Source of the DNA: Trichoplax adhaerens
Taxonomy: Eukaryota > Animalia > Placozoa
NCBI RefSeq assembly: GCF_000150275.1
Contig: NW_002060976.1
Location: forward strand, 191,626 to 255,625
Direction: 5' to 3'
Length of the DNA: 64,000 nt
A program made the position numbers and the translations under genes. Under the pieces are notes generated by a model. The model was not told the DNA's origin. It worked only from the letters and a program-made list of their open reading frames with translations, and did not search any database. Each line of letters opens with the position of its first letter. The stretch's first letter is position 1. Below, piece after piece: positions 1 through 14,015 of the stretch.

Positions 1-1299
1 AATAGATTTCCATGATTCCGCCGTTCTTTTTCGCCTATTTAATAATCAATACTGCTGCAATGTTTCCGTCCGTAAATAAAAAGGCGATAGCTGAATATAA
101 ACTGATTTCAATAATATTGATTAAACAAATATATTCTTAATGAAAAGTAAAAAAGTTTAAGGAAGCACCTTATGTAATATAATATTAATGAATACAATTT
201 TTAGTCTGGCAAAATACTGTTCTTAAGAGGTTAAAATAAAATTGCCCTTATCTTGTAATGCATTTAGCTAAAGATAATTTTCTATTTATATTCTTAAATT
301 TGCTTTTTACTGTTCTTAATTTATTAATATATTAATACCACATTTCCCCTTTAAGCTTATGATTGAACTATTACATTCTGATCATGATGCATAAGTAATC
401 AAGCAGTTTTAAAGCACTCGATCGTCAGTATTTTATAGCGAAGTCTGTCGTCATAAAACTAGATGCACTAAGCAAACGAATATTCTATAACCGATGCTTC
501 ATTACGAATATCATTCTACTTAGTAGAAATAGAATCAAGTCGTACGCTTCCTCAAAATGGCAGAGTAGAAATTCTTATAAGATGATTCACCTATTTCACT
601 GTCTGACGCCAAGTTCAGAAATGTATAACGAAATATTTATATTGACATTGCCGGACTTGAGCAATGCACTCTTCCAGATTTCTTCTCCTTAGATTTGTAG
701 GATGCTGAAAGTTGCAATCCAATATTCTACCCACCGCTTTTTCAATTACAATACTGCATAGTAGAAAGGATCAACCTTATGTGTAGTAAGTTAGAATAGT
801 AATAGCTACGATAGAGCCATGTTAAAGATATCTAAAATATAAATTGCATGGTAGCTTCAACATTTTCTTCCAGACTGGAAAGCAGTACATGATTTATTGA
901 TCTTTATTGAGAGCCACTGATGAAATTTGTTATGTAGGTGGTACAATGCGCTTAAAATAGTGTTAGTACACATTGAAGCTGCGAGGAGACTCTTATAACT
1001 AGTTTTCTACGTAATTCCTTCCGTTGACCCAGTTTAGTAAGCAAAAGCTTTCAGTACGAGTCTAATTGCTTGCAATGAGGATAATGAATGATGTGGGAAA
1101 GATAGCCCTCTTATTACGCTACAAGAGAAATAGATATAACTTAGAATAAAATGAAGGATGTGAAGTGATCAAACGAATGGTCATTTCTTTTTTCCGTTTT
1201 TTGATTAATTGAAGATTAACTATGAAAAGAAGAACTAGTGTAGTACGGTCTTAATATCACATACTCGTATATCAATGCACTATGATGGTTGATTATCAT

Positions 1300-1928
1300 T
1301 GTGACAGTGTTATATACTGTATTACAGTAGAAATATCTATGCTAGGATTATTCTGTTAGCCTATCCTATTTAGTTAACTTCTAATTTGGATATACTGTGT
1401 TTTAATATAGCACTGACTTTTTATGACAGTGATACATATACTTATACTGAAATTAACGGTTATAATACGGAATGCAAATCATCTACATACAGTTCCAATC
1501 ATTGTGATTGTAATTTACTTATGGTAGATTGCAAATTATCGTGGAAATGTTCCGTGATAGGACATATCGTGATCTGACTATTCTGTATTAGTCACCAGAT
1601 GTCTATGTTCGTAAATACTGTTGTCTGCATTAAGGGAGCAGTAGCTAAAATTAATATCTAATTCAGTAAATAATTCCAAACTTAATCCTACTAACTATGA
1701 CTCATAAACTATTGAGGAAGAGTATATAAATGCAGTATATCGTGTAATAAAGTGGATTCTTAAACTTAGCGTTTAACGTAAAATACGAGGCGTTTAAGTC
1801 TTTGTGTAGTCTGCTAATAGAGCAAAAGTGTTTCCGATAGTGCAGATATCGTTCCTTGATACGTGGTTCAAGGAATTGACTTATTGATCGTACATTACGT
1901 TTTCTTGTTGCAAAGCTGTTTTGTGACA
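1300..1928 (+). mobile_element. Solo LTR, family A (Ty3/Gypsy), copy 1
   Basis: TGTGACA...TGTGACA termini; flanks ATCAT/GTCAT (5-bp TSD, 1 mismatch); TATA-like GTATATAAA ~1722 then AATAAA ~1746; near-identical to 20641-21273 (rc) and 39995-40624. Confidence 0.9.
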
Positions 1929-3181
1929 GTCATAAATCAATATTACTCAAGTAACATTCACGCCTTCGAATAGAGTTGATAATTCGTTCAGGAACAAAAC
2001 TCGATGTGAATCACAACTGCAGCCATGCTTGATTAATTATTTATAGCTTATTTATATTATCAATATCAGTCTTTGGCGTACATATATACGCATTCCACAG
2101 CGTCCTTGCATTCACAAGATAAAATCGAATAGTGTCCAAAAAGATAGCATAAATAAAGGTTACAGATCTATTATAAAAGTTTGCCAAAGATCTTTCCATA
2201 AAAATCTTGAATTTAGTTAAAATAAATAAAAACGAAGTAGTCTATATTTTCTCCACTGTATCAAAAAGAGTAAAACTTTTTAAGCAATGTGTAAATAAAT
2301 AGTTTATAATTACGTTGAAGAAGCCATTTACAATTAAATATTCCCGATAAAGATTAAGGTTAAGACGTTTGATATGAAATTATATCAATTTGATACTTTG
2401 CTAGATTGAATATCAATCAGTATTTTGCGTGATTTATTCAGTTATATCAGTTAGCTAAATTTATTTTAATATTAATAAAAATAGAAGAGTCACGTTAGCT
2501 CTACTACCATCAAGTAGAATAGCTTTTTTCAAGTAATATATAAATAAACCGTTTAGACTAGTGTAAAAATTATCATCTGCAACTTAATATCATCCTTTAT
2601 AAAGTTTAGGGCTACCGACCTGAAACTCCTTCGATTTTATTTTTCTTTGCTAAGATGAATGTCAATCTGTATTTCAAATTATTTATTCAATTATATCAGT
2701 TTCCATCTCACTACAGCCTTTTCTCTTCGTACAAAACTGTTCTAGATTGGTTTGTTTTAATTACAGCCTATTTTAAGTGCTGAAACTATTGCTGCTACTC
2801 AAGCAATCAAACCTTACTTGCTTTTAGGCGAATACTTATGTAGAAATTTTCATATTCCATTAAACGTATGAAGTAGTAATCAAAACAGATAGAAATATGA
2901 TTATAGAATTAGTCATTAGTTTCTATTAAATTATTTAGCTAGAAATAAATCGCTCATTTTTTACTTATCATTTTAATGCATTTCTGGGCACCGTTTTTAG
3001 TTACAATCACATTAAAATAGGAAATTACTACAACGCTCGTGATGAACGTCTATTATAAAACTACGGTAAAGCCATAATCCAAAATTATCAAAAATGTACA
3101 ATTACATGTCATTAACTAAAAGTTCATTGTGCAAGATAGCTATTCATAGGGATTACTTAGATTAAATCGATAAGTGACAAA

Positions 3182-3231
3182 NNNNNNNNNNNNNNNNNNN
3201 NNNNNNNNNNNNNNNNNNNNNNNNNNNNNNN
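3182..3231. other. Assembly gap (50 N)
   Basis: Run of N in the sequence. Confidence 1.
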
Positions 3232-6200
3232 AATGATGTTAAAACTACTTCTGTCTGCTTTAATTTGTTATATTAATGAACTAATGATAAGAAGTAGCTG
3301 TTAGCGAATGGGAATCACAAATATTAAGGACAAATCTATAGCAGAAACATGATAATATTAAATAACTAAAATCTCTAAAAGCTGGAATAATTTCATATTT
3401 AACTCTCTTTTAGTACTATCTTCTATCTAAAAATCAGTAAGTAGTATCAACCTAGTAGCCTAAATTAATTCAATTATCATCTCTCAAGAAGTCTAAATTT
3501 TAAATTAATTATAATTCTGTACCATGTATGTAACGAATATCACTATTCACAACATTAATCTTACCTTTAATGGCGGCTAACTATTTTTAATCTAGGTCTG
3601 CTGAATGTTTTTCCAACCTTGGAAGTAACCGCAATTAGAAGTGCTACTCTAAACGTAAAATTTGTGCTATTAAATCAGCTAGCAGTAGCATTTAAAACTA
3701 AGATTGATCTTTAAATTATACACGAAGCCAGCACTTGTTGACATTTCTATTTAGTAATGTAGAAATCATAGCAAGTTATAGTTTGTGAAATCATGGTAAA
3801 CTAGCATCGGTAGCAAACGTACTGGAACTTTGTCGCATTTGATCAGTCCAGACAGACTGTCATCATTAAGTATGCAAAGATATTTTGATTTAGTATCTGT
3901 TACTATGCCATATTGTTTTCCCTACATCCAATCAAAATAGATCAGAAATTATACCCGATAATGACGTAATAGCTAACAAATTGTAAAGGAAGCCATACAT
4001 CATTACTATTATCAAACCATTATTTAGGAGTTCTTTTATTAACTTTTTGTTTTGAATGAGATGATGCGTCTTTATGCTATGAAAACAGAACAAATAGTAC
4101 AGCCTTTGTTTCTTTTAAATAAATAACGTTTGTAATAAATCTTGCAGTAAAACTAGATGTCTGAATCATTATGATATCATGAAGATGTAGAATATTGATT
4201 ATAAAGGTCTAATTTATTTCATCACTAGTCCTTTTTATGCCCAGGTTTATATCATGAAATGGGCCTATTTAAATGATAAAATTCATAATTTAAGTGAAAT
4301 TGATCAAGAAAAGCTTTCAGGCTTGCTATTAAAACCCAATCTTGCTTTGGTAGTACTCTATGCGTTATATTAGGAGTGGCCAATATCGCAGCAATGACAT
4401 CATTAAAGACGGTATTTTGTATAATATTTATTTACATCAATTAGCAGCTATTTTAAACATTAAATTTGATATAGGGTGGACAATAGATTACAAATTTGCT
4501 TTAAGATAAAACTCAAACTTCATGAAATTCGTAGAATTTATATTATTAGGAGTAGACTGGTACAGGGACTAAAATAGTTGAAGCTATATCAACTGTAGTA
4601 TAATAGTAAGTACCATACGATGCTATTACCAATACTTACTTCTTAATGCACTGTAATCTAAACGTTTCAAAATACCAAAAGAAACTTTCAGATTAGATTT
4701 GTAATATCAAATTAGCATTTAAAAAAGTTCCACTGGAAAACCTAACGTTATCGGTATTAATTAATTAAATAGCTAATAAAAAATAACCTCTAAAGTATAC
4801 ATTACTCTAAGTCTATTGATGGCTTCCGTTTCTCAATGAGGTCTTGCGATAATTTCAGTTTCAGAATAAATTATACCATGTAAACTATGAAATCGTTTTA
4901 GTATCTAGCTCGCATGTGGTCAAGTCGTATCCATCTTCCTATCGAGCATGCATCTTAAAGAAAGTTACAGTAACAACCTCTAAACTATAAATTATTTCTA
5001 GTTTACTAATTACTTCAGTGTTGCAATGAGATCTTACAGTAACTCTAGCATAAGAAATAATTTAAGCAACACAAACTAACTGATGAGCATATTACTCAAC
5101 TAACATCCCATCAAGTCATTTCCATCTTAAAATCAACCTTAACATACTACGGTAATTTAAAAAAATTTCTGTAAAAACCCTTAAACCATGCTTCATTCCT
5201 ATATTATTAATTGCTTTCGTTTTACAATAATGTCTTACAGTAACTCCAGCTTAAGGAATAAGTTAGGTTATGCAAAATATATCAACGTTATAGTATCTTA
5301 CTTATATGTATTAAAATACTACCCATTTTATGTCATACATGCTACTTTAAGAAAAATTATTTCAACAAGTTCTAAGGCATGCCTTAATTTTAGTCTATTA
5401 GACGTTTTTATGTCGCTTTGAAGTCTTATGGCAACCTTAGCTAAAGAAATGAATTAGACTATGCAAACTATTGCACTAGCTTAGTGCCTTACTTATATCT
5501 AATTGAACCATTTCTGTCTTAATAGCAAGCATACTACCTTAAGAAAATTATAATATTCAGACATGGTTTCATAAATTACAGATTTGGCCATGCTTCGACA
5601 ATGCAAACAGCTAGAATTTACAGTGTGATGTAAACTAAGCCTATAAATTCATTTAAATTAATACTTAAAAGCTATGATATTTTAAATATAGTATGAAGCA
5701 TCGGTTTTTCTTACTTTACTTCTAGTGGCGCAATTGGCCACGCTAACAATTTTTTAGTATGGTGAAGGCTATTTGGCGAGTTTCGACAATATTCATATTG
5801 AATTCGAGATGGAAATCTACGTAGTAACGATAAAGCTGATATTTAGCATAGGTAAATAGTAATTCATGATTTTAAACTAATATTTGTTATTAGATCTGAT
5901 CTAATTTTGAAATTTATGAAGTATTCGAAAAGGAAAAATAAATCACCGATATTTAATCTAATTGCCGTAATTAATTCATTTTGCTCCTCGTAAATACTAT
6001 AGCAAATTCGCTAAATACCCCTAGCAATTGCACTGGCAATCAACTTATAAATTCAGGTAGAAATGCTTCGAAATTAACAAACGCGTATATCATGAAAATA
6101 GTTTGAAAATCGTGGTCAAGGTTTGTCGCTATGAAATACAGTCAAGGTAGCTAATAACAAGCTAAAGATAGTATCAAAAATATGCTTTTAGACATCATAT

Positions 6201-6332
6201 GTCAATTAGTATAGCAATGATAAATTTTGAAATAAGAGGATGTGGCGATCGACTGTGCTTGGTTGAAATATACAACATTTTGGTTGAAGAAATACGTGCT
6301 TTGAACATAGTATTAACAGTTGTTCATATCAG

Positions 6333-6745
6333 TGTTACGGTATGAACTACCGTGAAGAAATAGCTATCTAAATTTGGTTAATATAATATAATATAGTGAT
6401 AATATATTACATCTAGTTCCTTACAATAGGAATTACTCTAATTATAAATGTGTTACAGTAAATTTAGTGCTGTGCTGTAATGTGTACTGAAATGATTCTG
6501 TGAATGGACATTTTGTAGTCCGACTGTGAAATATAAGATGACTTGTGAATGTTAGCTGCTGTAGAAGGGTATATAAGTCCGTCAGATATTTGAATAAAGC
6601 TTTTTCTCAATTGTATAGTTGTTTTAACGTAGAAGCAAAGGCATCTAAATTCTTTTGAGGTAGTTAAGGGATACTGAATCCCGGAAGACTATAGTAATTT
6701 CGAGATTTGTTTTACGTTATCCTTTCACGGAGCTGGTTTGTGACA
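6333..6745 (+). mobile_element. Solo LTR, family B, copy 1
   Basis: TGTTACG...TGTGACA termini; perfect 5-bp TSD ATCAG; GTATATAAG then AATAAA internally; second copy at 46603-47047 (rc). Confidence 0.9.
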
Positions 6746-8648
6746 ATCAGGTACTTTGGACTTTTAGCACCATAAACTCTAATTCTAATTCAGCAACTAC
6801 TTCAACAACCAAGGTAGTATTTACTAATTTGTATTAATTATGATGAAATATACAATGCAATGATCTTCTTTATTAAAATAAATTTAAATAATTAAATAAA
6901 TCTCTAATACTATTCAGCTATAAATAAATTGAAGGATCTATGTAATGGACTAGTAATAATCTTTTGCTATTACTGTTGGTCCGCCTACGTAACGTAAAAT
7001 TTAAGTGAACAAAAATTAAGTAATACCGTAAAGTGGCTACGAAGGTCAACACCGAAAAAATAGCCTTGAATAATAATATTTATTGAAACATCAATTTGTC
7101 GCAGAAGATTTCCAATTTCTTTTCCTCATAAAAGCAATCGAAAATGACTAAAGATAACCGGATAATACCCCTTAGACAGATTTGAACATAAATTACTTCT
7201 ATATAAACTATGCTAATAAATGCTTTTATTATAGTAGTAGACATACAATTAAACACATTAAAAGCTCGATTTATTATCTGGCTAAGATAAACCGAATAAT
7301 TATACTTTAACTCTTATATGGAAGACAGTCTATTTAATCCTATATTTGGCTATCAGATACGGCCTTAACAGGAGAGTCCCGGTCTTGTACTAGAAATAGT
7401 GCGAGTGCGACGTCTCATCCTGTTAGCCATCCTACTGTACCAATACAATTCTTTGAAATCATTACAATCTAATTTAATTGGAAACATTTTACATTTATAT
7501 CAACATTGGATTTACTGGTAAGGCGGTACTTCTCTTAGGTATTAGTAGTTTTAAAGATCTGCAATACATTAAGATATTGATTGTACGAATATGCTCTATT
7601 TTCGTGAAATATATCAGTTTGAATAGCACACACAAATTTCTTTCTATCGTTAGCAGTAATGAAATTAGAATGAATTCATCCTAATCGATATAATTGGATA
7701 ATATTTGCTTAATGATATTAGTTATAACCATTCTATAAAATATGATGGCAGAATATGAATGTAATTAAACTATAAGATTTAAACTCAATAAATATATACT
7801 TTTATTCGAAATCAATGTTGAAACTTAATTCGATAAAACATAAAAGGTAAGATTTGAATTAAGTTCGATAACAATACTATATCATGCTTTAATTAAATAA
7901 GAACAGATAAGTATGAAAGTTGCCAGTCATTTACCTGATCATATTTAAGAATTTCTCCGTTAAAACAGCTTACTCTAGATTTTAAATTGATCTGACATAA
8001 AGTTAAATAAATAAATCATTTTTTTAAGTCGAATTAACAACTGCTATATCCTATACTAAGAATTCTATTAATTCGGTAATTTTACAGGTAATTTTACAGG
8101 CCATGGTTATGCTATACCTATGTTCTATGTTCATATATGCTAAAGACTGCTGTCGTTGTTAATGTATTCAATTAAATATTGGAATTTATTAAGCTTGAGT
8201 TATAATATAGATCAAAAAAGTATTTCGAATTCTTTCCGTCCTCTTTCCAGGATTACTGTATTGATTGAATAGATTATCTATTGATGTAGTAACTTGTGTA
8301 CCGCAAATTTTATTAAATTAGCAATAGTAATTGGATTAAATTTATTTCCATTCTCCCTTCAAAAGGAAAAGATGGCTATTTCGATCTATTTAATCGTTAT
8401 CAAGTGTAAAGAAAAATAGTATATTGCAGACTCCTCTTCTGTTTCCGTAATTTTCTGGTCACATCGAAAAAGATGAAAAAATTACTTATTCTTTATCTTC
8501 CTAATTGGCAATATCTGAAAGATACATAAGTCAATTAATTTTTTTCATGTTGAACTTGCTAACACGATGCCAGCCACGTATCAGTAGCCACATTTTCCTA
8601 TTATGTCTATGTGGCAGCTAAAGTTCCATCTTCTTCTGGAATGGTAGT

Positions 8649-9172
8649 CGTGATATATACCAATCACGAAATTCCAAATTTTAGAAAAATAAGGGCTTTA
8701 TTCAATCTTATACAAAGATTAACTACACACCACTCTACTCTAGCCGAATACTACTACTAAAGACTTCTACAACGAACTAACTGAATAATCTGAAGTTGCA
8801 TGCTTTTATACTTTTCGTAGCATTCGCAGCCACAATCCGCATGGCAACCTTTTACCTTATTTTACACATAGTTAAATTATTCTTAGAAAGACTATTCTAC
8901 TGCGGACTATCATTAATCCAATATGGATACGACTATAGTACTTACGTAGACATTATTCACACTAGCCAAAGTACAATGAATTAATGATATCCTAATATAT
9001 GATTTATAGTTCTATTTTTACCTATAGCCTTATTATTAAATTAACTCAACACCGTACTGCATATAGTCATCTGTACTCTAGCATAGAGTCTCTACCACTA
9101 CAGTCTATAGTTATAGCTACCAAATATCTCTTAGGATAAATATCTACCGTACATTATACTAAACTAGTTACA
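8649..9172 (-). mobile_element. Possible decayed LTR, distantly like family C
   Basis: TTAGAAAAATAAGGGCTTTATTCAA resembles TTAGAAAATTAAGATTTATTGAA of family C at a similar offset; ends ...GTTACA; no TSD found and no second copy. Boundaries approximate. Confidence 0.25.
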
Positions 9173-12100
9173 TTGCAGTAGTGCGAATGTGATAGTTATA
9201 ATTTTGCTTTCATAAGCAAGTGTTAATAGATAAGGAATTTACTGCTTCTTATATCCAGAATTATCGGATTTTACATCTCCGGAGCAATAGATTCTTAGCT
9301 GTTATCATAACTATCAAGCAATCGCCATATCAGAGATGGGTATCTTAATATTATTTTCTAGAAATAATTCACTGCAACCAGTTGAAAAGTTTAATTTGTT
9401 ATCGCTGTATTTTTCTGTTGGTAAAAATTATTCAGAGATAATTTTCTGTGAACAATATTGCATCTAACGTAAGTTTGATTCTTATCTCTAAACACACTTT
9501 ATATTGTTTACTTTCTGTTTTATAGTCCTATTATCTATGCATTAATGCAAATGTATGTACTAAATAAAAATACATATAATATCATAGTGTCATATATAAC
9601 CTCTAATTTCAGCTGGTTTTATATTTTATATTATTTAAATAGTGATAGAACTGTATATATATGAACGACAGAGACGAAAATATATCTAGATATCGGTTAG
9701 AAACACTAATTTAAGGTATGCAAACAGCTTATTAAAGGCACAGATCGCAACAGATACAAGAAACTAATTTACAAAGAGAATCCATTGACATGGTTAAGAA
9801 CCTGACTCCTAAGCTGTATAATTTTAATGAACCAGTTTCAAACCGCAAAGAAATTTAATTACAGGGTGCTAGTACTCTATAATTACGTAGTTTTCTATTG
9901 GCAAAATTGACGCCCAAAAAGGTCCTGATCTGTGAGCCATATAACCTTTACGTTAATACTTAGTAAAAGTAAAAATAATATTCTATACTCAACGATTACC
10001 GTGCATAGAACTTGCTGTTCGAAAGCCGTCGACGATAATGAATTGGATTAAATAATATCCTTTACGGTGTTATTTTAAGTAAAAACTCTATTACCTATTG
10101 TTAAAATAATATTTGTCGAGCAAATCAATTTCCAGGTTAGAAATTTATAATCGGATAAAAAGAGACAATCTTAAAATATATTGCATCTATAAAAACAGAT
10201 ACCTAATTAACTGCATCACGATATAATCGATTAATTTAGTAGTTAAAATCGCCCATTGAATACGATGTGTTTATTTCAAAATACTGTTTTGTAAATAGGC
10301 CAAAATGGGATAGAGTGATGATAATGATATAAAATTTGATACAGCAACTTCGTTAAGCCCCAAAATTTTAAATCAATTACTAGATATATCAGCTAGCTGA
10401 TTTCGATAATTTACTGAAGTTCAGAATCGATTTACTAAGAATCAATTGCTTCTCCCTTGTAACGAATTTTTTACTATAAAATTTGCACCTTGGTGAATGT
10501 AATTAATTAATAAAACACTCAATAAGTAATTTTACTAGACAAAATTGTGAACATTTTTAATATTAGCAGATTATTATGAAATCAAACAGTACAATTTTCA
10601 GTGACATTCATTTTAAGTTATTCTACGTTAGAACAATAGTTATATATAGTTTAGAATAATCTATTTATTCTATATTACAATATTCAATTACAGAAATTCT
10701 GTAGCTAAGGAAGAAAATTGAAATCTTTTTAGTATTTTTGATTCATTCTATATCGATCAATGCATTTTAGTAGCCCCAGATTGATCATTCACAGCAGCAT
10801 ATGATCATTATTCTACTTTACAGGTCTAGGAATTTTTTTGCTATAGAATCATGCACTGGGCATTTTAATCTTTAACGGACCATCTGGATATAGATTTAAT
10901 TTATTATTTATTATAAAATATTATTTTTAATAATATCTACCGGGATGTTAGTAAAATTCTATTTAATTATGCCCTAACTGATCTAAATTTAATACAAATT
11001 AGATTGTAAACATCTACCAAATTTTTTCTTTTCATTTAATTATGAGACAAAGGTGAATAAACAACTACATTCGAAATAAGTCATGCTAATCGTTAATCGG
11101 ATCAATCTATGTCCATTTCGAATGATAGATGATTCAGTTAAAATAGAATATATTATATAAGATTCAGCTTTCTTTTAGACCAAAACTTCAAGAGCAGCTT
11201 ATCTACCAGAAGCGTCATTTCTATATAGAATAACAAACTTTGCTTAAATAAAATATTAAAATTAATACGCATGACCGACCAAAAATATATAGGATGAAAT
11301 TCTAGTAAAATAAACTGATTCTAGCCAAATACGAGATATTGTTTGCATAGCAATCCTATTATAGAAAATTAGCCTTATTTGATTACTTATTTCCTTACCA
11401 AGGTATTGCGCCATAATAAGAAAAATAGGTTAAGTTCATTATATTTCTAACCAATTTTGATTAACTCGTGCTCAATTTTAGTATTTGAAAGGTTATCGTT
11501 TATGTGAATAAATTGAATCCAAAGTGGATAAGCAAATCATGTTCCCGACAGCTACACCTTCTATTGATCGAGAGTTCTCTTTTACTGAATAAAGAGTAAA
11601 CGAAATGGTGTTCTATTATTTCTATAGTTTTATTCTAATAAATTTTAGCATTGAATTTATAAGAAAATAAGCATGATAAACCTAATTTAATAAAAGTAAG
11701 TAAAACCGTATTTGTCTAATTGATATTTTAATACAGATTTTAAACTGATCTGATGAACCAGGCTTGAACTAGACAAAAATAATGAACCAACTAATAATAA
11801 AGTTGTGATAAGATTGATTCAATGATTTCATTAATTTCATCTAGATGATAATAATAAGCTCCAAGCTGAACAAAAGTATCCGGTAAATAGTCAAAAAGTT
11901 AATGATGATAGATAAAAATGTGTACAACTTGCCTGAAGGCGACATTGTTAACTATTGATTTAAATTAAATGAATACTCAACCCTTGGCAAATAGCCAAGT
12001 AGTGATGACGTTAAGCAGACACTTGAGTTATCTACGTTACTATTATCAAAATAAAAGTAAATGGCCTATGGATATTTTCAAAAATTTGAATAGTATGAAC

Positions 12101-12950
12101 ATATCCAAAAAATAATTTCCTCAATTTATGGTACCAACAAATTGGGTTAACCGGGGAGGGGAATTGCCTTAAAAGGTCGCAGCCATAGAAGGCCATAGGT
12201 AATGGATAAGAATACTTTCTTTCACGTGCGTAGGTCATCAATTTATCAACTGATTTAAATAAAGGCAAGAAATTAAAAAAAAATAATTAAAAAAAAAAAT
12301 ATATAGATAGCAATTATTTTATCGAAATTAAAAAATAAAATCTTTAAATGGGTACCTTTAATTATTTGCGATTAGAACAATGGCAGATGATAATTGTTCG
12401 AGAATCGATACCATTTCGATGTGAATTGAGAACTACTGGAATAGCTGATTAGTTTAATATTGTTAACACTTCAATTTTAATCTCATTCTTGCCAAAATTA
12501 TTTTATGATAGCCTTAAAGTGATATCGTGCAATCGATTGTCTAAGTTGATTTGCTACTATTCTTACTGACTGCTACTTATTAATATATATTCAGGTTACT
12601 CAAAAGATTCAAAGTTGGCCTAAACCAAAACTGAATTGGTAATACTTCATCTTTTGCATTTCAATACGTTGAAACTAAAGTATATATCATCGTGTTTATA
12701 GCAGTTACCGATGTCTATTCTTTAGCAATAGCGAGAATTCTAAATAAAATGATTCTATCACAAAAAATCATTCTTGGTCTTTTACTACGATCAATTCTGA
12801 ACACACTCAGATAGAGATAATTTAATTTGTACAAATTATACTTACATAATCATCATATCAGCTTGATCCTTATAGCCGCATTTAGAAATTAATTAAAAAA
12901 GCAGAATTCAATTTGGAAATCGACTAATATCAGTCTGATTGATCATCATC

Positions 12951-14015
12951 ATGGTGATAAACTGTACGCAAGATTGCCTTGTTCGTGCCGAAAGCATGAG
13001 CGAATCTTACGATTACTTACGTATGGTTTATATCATTATCTGTCTTTTCTCATTTTTTGGTAATTGTTTGGTTTGTGTAATTATTTTTACGATTAAACGC
13101 ATCCATTTGCTATCGGCTGAAGTCTTTATTCTAAGCTTAGCCATTACCGACATGTTTACAAGCATTGTGGTGATATTTTTGCCTGGTTTGATCATATCGG
13201 AAAAAAGTTATCCCTATCCTATTAGGTCGGTCATGCCTTTCTTTTGCTCCATCGTTAGTTCCCAATATCTACTCTTCTATTTTGGATTTATATCGCTCTA
13301 CACAGTGACAGCAATTAGCCTAGAGCGATGGTTTGCAATTGCATTCCCATCGCGCTATCGCTACTTATTTAGTCTAAAAAATGTTCAGATTGCAGTTCTT
13401 TTCATCTGGCTACTAGGCTTGCTCTTGCCAATAGACAATCTATTTAAGCAAGTTCCAAGCGAAAATGGAACATTTTGCCGCTGGACTTTCTTGTTCAACG
13501 ATATTAATATCGACCGAATGATTTTTATTATAGTTGAAATCATACGTGTCTTTTTGCCAGCTTTCATAACCCTGTTCTGCTACGCCGATATTGCTCGTCG
13601 TATCTGGTCTCCTTCTGCTTATCAAAGTCAAGAATCTTCAAACCGAAATAGTAAATTTCGTAAGCGCGTTACGATTATGGTTTGTATTTCTGCCATAACA
13701 TTTTTGTTGTGCTGGTTGCCAAATGAAATCTATTTCACTCTTGTTACATTTGGCCTTACGCGAGTAGAATCCGTAGCTCATAGATCGACTAAATCACTGA
13801 TTATCCTTAGCTCTTGTCTAAATCCAATTATTTATGTGGTTACTAATTCCAAATATCGCGTGACATTACTGCAATTTTTTACTCGACGAAATCGTATTAG
13901 CTCATTAGGCACCAAGCAAGGCAGCAAACCATCGAAACCCAAATCCGATGTTATCGTTGTTAAACCACGTAATGGTCCAACATCATATAGCAGATTGCAT
14001 AATACAGCTGTATAG
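12951..14015 (+). CDS. Rhodopsin-family (class A) GPCR, intronless, ~354 aa; paralog 1
   Basis: Seven hydrophobic segments; GN (TM1), LAITD (TM2), ERW (DRY-equivalent), CWLP (TM6), NPIIY (TM7). First ATG at 12951; the ORF track starts at an upstream TTG. Confidence 0.93.
   Translation: MVINCTQDCLVRAESMSESYDYLRMVYIIICLFSFFGNCLVCVIIFTIKRIHLLSAEVFILSLAITDMFTSIVVIFLPGLIISEKSYPYPIRSVMPFFCSIVSSQYLLFYFGFISLYTVTAISLERWFAIAFPSRYRYLFSLKNVQIAVLFIWLLGLLLPIDNLFKQVPSENGTFCRWTFLFNDINIDRMIFIIVEIIRVFLPAFITLFCYADIARRIWSPSAYQSQESSNRNSKFRKRVTIMVCISAITFLLCWLPNEIYFTLVTFGLTRVESVAHRSTKSLIILSSCLNPIIYVVTNSKYRVTLLQFFTRRNRISSLGTKQGSKPSKPKSDVIVVKPRNGPTSYSRLHNTAV

Noticed and set aside
1386-1577. 63-aa ORF repeated three times (also 20995-21186 and 40082-40273), looking like a small Cys-rich gene family
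   Set aside because: It starts at TTG and lies inside LTR family A; the conservation simply reflects LTR identity.
13385-13631. Antisense or alternate-frame ORFs over the GPCRs (also 28650-28841, 29626-29811, 44166-44357)
   Set aside because: Shadow ORFs of real coding sequence with no independent features.
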